From contig JBIJBE010000061.1 of the NCBI GenBank assembly GCA_044345405.1, positions 1 to 17,764 on the forward strand: 17,764 nt of DNA. Reading direction: 5' to 3'. This stretch comes from Bdellovibrionota bacterium. GTDB lineage: Bacteria; Bdellovibrionota_C; UBA2361; OMII01. Positions 14,758-17,764 of this stretch are shown here, piece by piece. Below the pieces are notes generated by a model that was given only the letters and a program-made list of their open reading frames with translations, was not told where the DNA came from and made no database searches. The translations under genes and the position numbers were made by a program. Every line of letters starts with the position of its first letter. Within the stretch, counting starts at the first letter, position 1.

Positions 14758-15930
14758 GTGAGCAAGAACTCCCCTGAAAGTTCGGCCTACGCCGCCCTTG
14801 GAGCGTCATCCGCAAAAGGGGGAGTTCTTGCCGCTGTCGGAGAAACCGGCCCTGCGCGATATTTCGCCTCCCCCGTTGACGATCCCGCCGGAGATCCGAA
14901 CTACGCGTTCTTCCTTCACGCTGACGGCGCGGGCACCAAGAGCATCGTCTCCTACCTCCTCTTCAAAGAAACCGGTGATACGAAATGGTTTCGGTCGCTC
15001 GCGACCGACAGCCTTATCATGAACCTCGATGATATCGCGTGCTCCGGCGGACTTGAGGGGCTCATCCTCAGTAACACGATCGGACGCAACCGATCCCTCA
15101 TTCCCGACCAAGGGATCGCCGAGATTATCGGTGGATACAAGGATTGCGTCGCGATGCTTGAGTCCGAGGGGATATCGATCCGGATGAGCGGTGGAGAAAC
15201 AGCCGACGTCGGGGACCTCGTGCGAACCCTCATCGTTGACTCAACCCTCTCATCTCGAATCCCTCGCGACCAGCTCGTGGACACAACACGCGTTGTGGCC
15301 GGAGATGTTATCGTAGGGTTCAGCTCCACAGGAACAGCTCGCGTTGAGAGCGAGCCTAACTCCGGCATGGGTAGTAACGGACTTACCCTCGCACGAAACG
15401 TCCTTCTGAGCAGGCAGCTCGCGAGCGCCTACCCCGAAGTATGCGATCCTGGACTCTCTCATGACGTAGCCTACCGTGGCCCCTTCTCTGTAACCGACTA
15501 CCATGAGTCGCTCGGCATGACTGTTGGCGAGGCGCTTCTCTCCCCGACCCGTACCTACGCTCCCCTCATGAAGCAGCTGCTCGCGAACTTCCGCGAGCAC
15601 GTCCACGCCCTCATTCACTGTACCGGCGGTGGACAGGTGAAGATTAAACGATTCGGAAGGGGCGTCCGATACGTGAAGGACAACCTCTTTCCGACACCTG
15701 CCCTCTTCTCCCTCATTCAAAAGCACGGAAATATCCCATGGAACGAGATGTACTCGGTCTTCAATATGGGGCATCGGCTTGAAGCTTGCATGCCAGCCGA
15801 AGCGGCTAACGAGGCGATCTCATGCGCGAAGCAATTTGGGATTGCAGCCCAGGTCATAGGACGGGTAACCTCTGGAGAGGGGGAGAACGAGGTCACGATC
15901 TCTACTCCTCATGGGGCTTTCACCTATTAA
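14758..15930 (+). CDS. purM: Phosphoribosylformylglycinamidine cyclo-ligase (AIR synthase), long Bacteroidetes-type PurM
   Basis: HADGAGTKS, MNLDDIAC, TIGRN, SGGETADVGDLVRT, GMGSNGLT, LLSPTRTY, HCTGGGQ and EMYSVFNMGHRLE motifs. Confidence 0.88.
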   Translation: MSKNSPESSAYAALGASSAKGGVLAAVGETGPARYFASPVDDPAGDPNYAFFLHADGAGTKSIVSYLLFKETGDTKWFRSLATDSLIMNLDDIACSGGLEGLILSNTIGRNRSLIPDQGIAEIIGGYKDCVAMLESEGISIRMSGGETADVGDLVRTLIVDSTLSSRIPRDQLVDTTRVVAGDVIVGFSSTGTARVESEPNSGMGSNGLTLARNVLLSRQLASAYPEVCDPGLSHDVAYRGPFSVTDYHESLGMTVGEALLSPTRTYAPLMKQLLANFREHVHALIHCTGGGQVKIKRFGRGVRYVKDNLFPTPALFSLIQKHGNIPWNEMYSVFNMGHRLEACMPAEAANEAISCAKQFGIAAQVIGRVTSGEGENEVTISTPHGAFTY

Positions 15931-15965
15931 TCCGTCTCCGACGACGAACATCTTTCGCGAAAAAC

Positions 15966-17764
15966 ATGGGCGCCAACGAAGCTCACCTTTACGATAACGT
16001 TAGCACCTCCTCCAGCATCGCCGAGGCGTACTGGAGAAGAGCCGCATTGACTCCCAACGCGCCGCTCTACAAGTGGGCAACAGCATCGAGTGCCGACGCC
16101 ACCCGCGTATGGCATACAGAGACCTACACGACGACAGCTCGAAAGATCGCTCGACTGGCGCACTACCTCCGTTCACTGGACGTTGGGGTAGGAACCACCG
16201 TCGCAATCATGTCGCAAACTCGCCCCGAGTGGATGATTGCGGATCTCGCGATTCAGACCCTCGGAGGGATCACGGTCAGCATCTATCAAAGCCTCCCCGC
16301 TCATGAGGCCGGCTACATCCTCTTCGACTCTAAGGCGGAGTTAATTTTCGTGGAGAATGAGGAGCAGGCTCAAAAGATAGCGCACCTTCGATCGACCCCC
16401 TGCCCAATCCCAGAGCACGAAGGGGTACCGGCGCACAACGCACAGCTCACGATTCCTCACGTTATCTCCTTCGAGCGAGTACAAACCCTCTCGATCCCAA
16501 CCGTTCATTCCATTATCGAAGACGACACCCTCTCCGCGGAGCCACCACCCGTTCCCGTGGATCTCGGACGTGAACACGTCGCGTCATACGTGTACACATC
16601 GGGAACGACCGGACCACCTAAAGGCGTGATTCAAACGCACGGCAACCACCTCACAAACGTTGAGCAGGTTTCAAAGGCGGGCGTATTCCTCCTTAATGGG
16701 TCACTCTTCCTCTACCTCCCACTCGCTCACTCATTCGCCCGGCTCGCCTACTACGTGGGGTTCCTTACGTCGGCCCACCTCGTACTTCCCGCGATCACCG
16801 ATCATCAGACCTCGAAGATCGACCTCGCGTCTACCGCAAGGGACATTCGGGAAGCGGGGGCGTGCGTACTCCCCTCCGTTCCCCGACTCTTCGAGAAGAT
16901 GGGAGCCGCGATTCAAGCGCGCGCGATCGGTTCGAGCCTTCAGCAAAAGATCCTCGCGCTCTGTATCCGAAACGCGCAACAAACCTACGACCGGCGCACG
17001 AAGGGAGAACGGCTTGGCATTGTTGAACAGATGATATTCAACGGTCTCGCTCCTATTCGCGCGAAGATAAAGGCGCAGCTCTTTGGAGCAGGGTTTCGTC
17101 ACGGCATCTCGGGCGGCGCGAAGCTTGACCCCGGAGTGAATAAGTTCTTCGACGCGCTCGGTATCGTTATTTGTGAGGGATACGGCCTCACCGAGACCTG
17201 TGTGGCTACTCACGTCAACCTCCCGAACAAACGAAAGATCGGCACCGTTGGTCCCGCTCTTGAGAAGGTTGAGGTTCGCATCGCCGCGGCGGATGGGGAG
17301 ATCGTAATGCGGGGGCCGAACATCACACAGGGCTACCTGCATCGCCCTCAAGCGACGGCTGACGCGTGGGATAGCGAAGGATGGTTTCACACCGGCGATG
17401 TTGGTCATCTCGACGAGAACGGGTTCCTATCTATTACGGATCGAAAGAAGGAGCTCGTCGTAACGGCGGGGGGCAAGAAGATCGCTCCGATCAGTGTCGA
17501 GGGGCTCTTCAAACGGTATCCGTTCATCTCACAAGCGCTCTACTACGGAGATGGCAAACCCAACTGCGTCATGCTCTTCACCCTTAACGAGACAGAGCTT
17601 CGAGCGATGCTCAAGCAACAAGGATTCGAGGTCCCCTCAGACGCGAAGCTCAACTCCCTTCCCGCGGTGACGGCCCTCGTTGATGAAGCGGTGAAGGACG
17701 CTAACGCGACCCTCGCGAGCTATGAGACGATTAAGAGCTTCGCTATTCTCGGAGAGGATTTCAC
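15966..17764 (+). CDS. Long-chain fatty acid-CoA ligase (AMP-dependent synthetase; 3' end runs off the window; not in the ORF track)
   Basis: Manual translation from ATG 15966 (MGANEAHLYDN...) gives YTSGTTGPPKGV, YLPLAHSFAR, ISGGAKLD, EGYGLTET, GEIVMRGPN, GWFHTGDVG and ITDRKKELVVTAGGKKIAP. The start, the YTSGTTG motif and the window end share one frame. Confidence 0.93.
   Translation, partial: MGANEAHLYDNVSTSSSIAEAYWRRAALTPNAPLYKWATASSADATRVWHTETYTTTARKIARLAHYLRSLDVGVGTTVAIMSQTRPEWMIADLAIQTLGGITVSIYQSLPAHEAGYILFDSKAELIFVENEEQAQKIAHLRSTPCPIPEHEGVPAHNAQLTIPHVISFERVQTLSIPTVHSIIEDDTLSAEPPPVPVDLGREHVASYVYTSGTTGPPKGVIQTHGNHLTNVEQVSKAGVFLLNGSLFLYLPLAHSFARLAYYVGFLTSAHLVLPAITDHQTSKIDLASTARDIREAGACVLPSVPRLFEKMGAAIQARAIGSSLQQKILALCIRNAQQTYDRRTKGERLGIVEQMIFNGLAPIRAKIKAQLFGAGFRHGISGGAKLDPGVNKFFDALGIVICEGYGLTETCVATHVNLPNKRKIGTVGPALEKVEVRIAAADGEIVMRGPNITQGYLHRPQATADAWDSEGWFHTGDVGHLDENGFLSITDRKKELVVTAGGKKIAPISVEGLFKRYPFISQALYYGDGKPNCVMLFTLNETELRAMLKQQGFEVPSDAKLNSLPAVTALVDEAVKDANATLASYETIKSFAILGEDF

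Noticed and set aside
16566-16580. GGACGTGAACACGTC resembling a repeat arm
   Set aside because: It is a single short match inside a coding sequence, with no hexamer array or CGTACCCG terminus; probably chance.
16731-17408. 225-aa minus-strand ORF and other short ORFs in 15927-17587
   Set aside because: They are antisense or out of frame to the acyl-CoA synthetase, which the ORF track missed because it has no stop within the window.

Overview
Most of the window is a flagellar locus on the minus strand. Its gene order resembles that of deltaproteobacterial/Bdellovibrionota-like genomes (inference). It has two blocks. The first is a regulatory operon: a FleQ/FlrA-like sigma54 activator with no N-terminal sensory domain, an exported TPR protein, a FleS/FlrB-like histidine kinase with no PAS or membrane domain, and a FleR/FlrC-like response regulator. 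The second is the basal-body/export operon flgB-flgC-fliE-fliF-fliH-fliI-fliJ, which lacks fliG at its usual position. A GT-C-type membrane glycosyltransferase and mtgA lie between the two blocks. Both flagellar operons have sigma54 -24/-12 promoter candidates and several GTCA-N6-TGAC (FleQ-type) boxes. The master-regulator leader also has a candidate IHF site and CsrA-type GGA motifs. Five arms of a degenerate hexamer repeat (CGTGAA/CGTGCT..., four ending in C(G/A)TACCC) form two inverted-pair elements and one perfect hairpin that bracket the regulatory operon. The right end carries two small hypothetical genes, then cytochrome c, a Bacteroidetes-type PurM and a long-chain acyl-CoA synthetase cut off by the window edge. 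No rRNA, tRNA, CRISPR array or transposase was seen. All assignments come from reading motifs by eye; no database searches were run.
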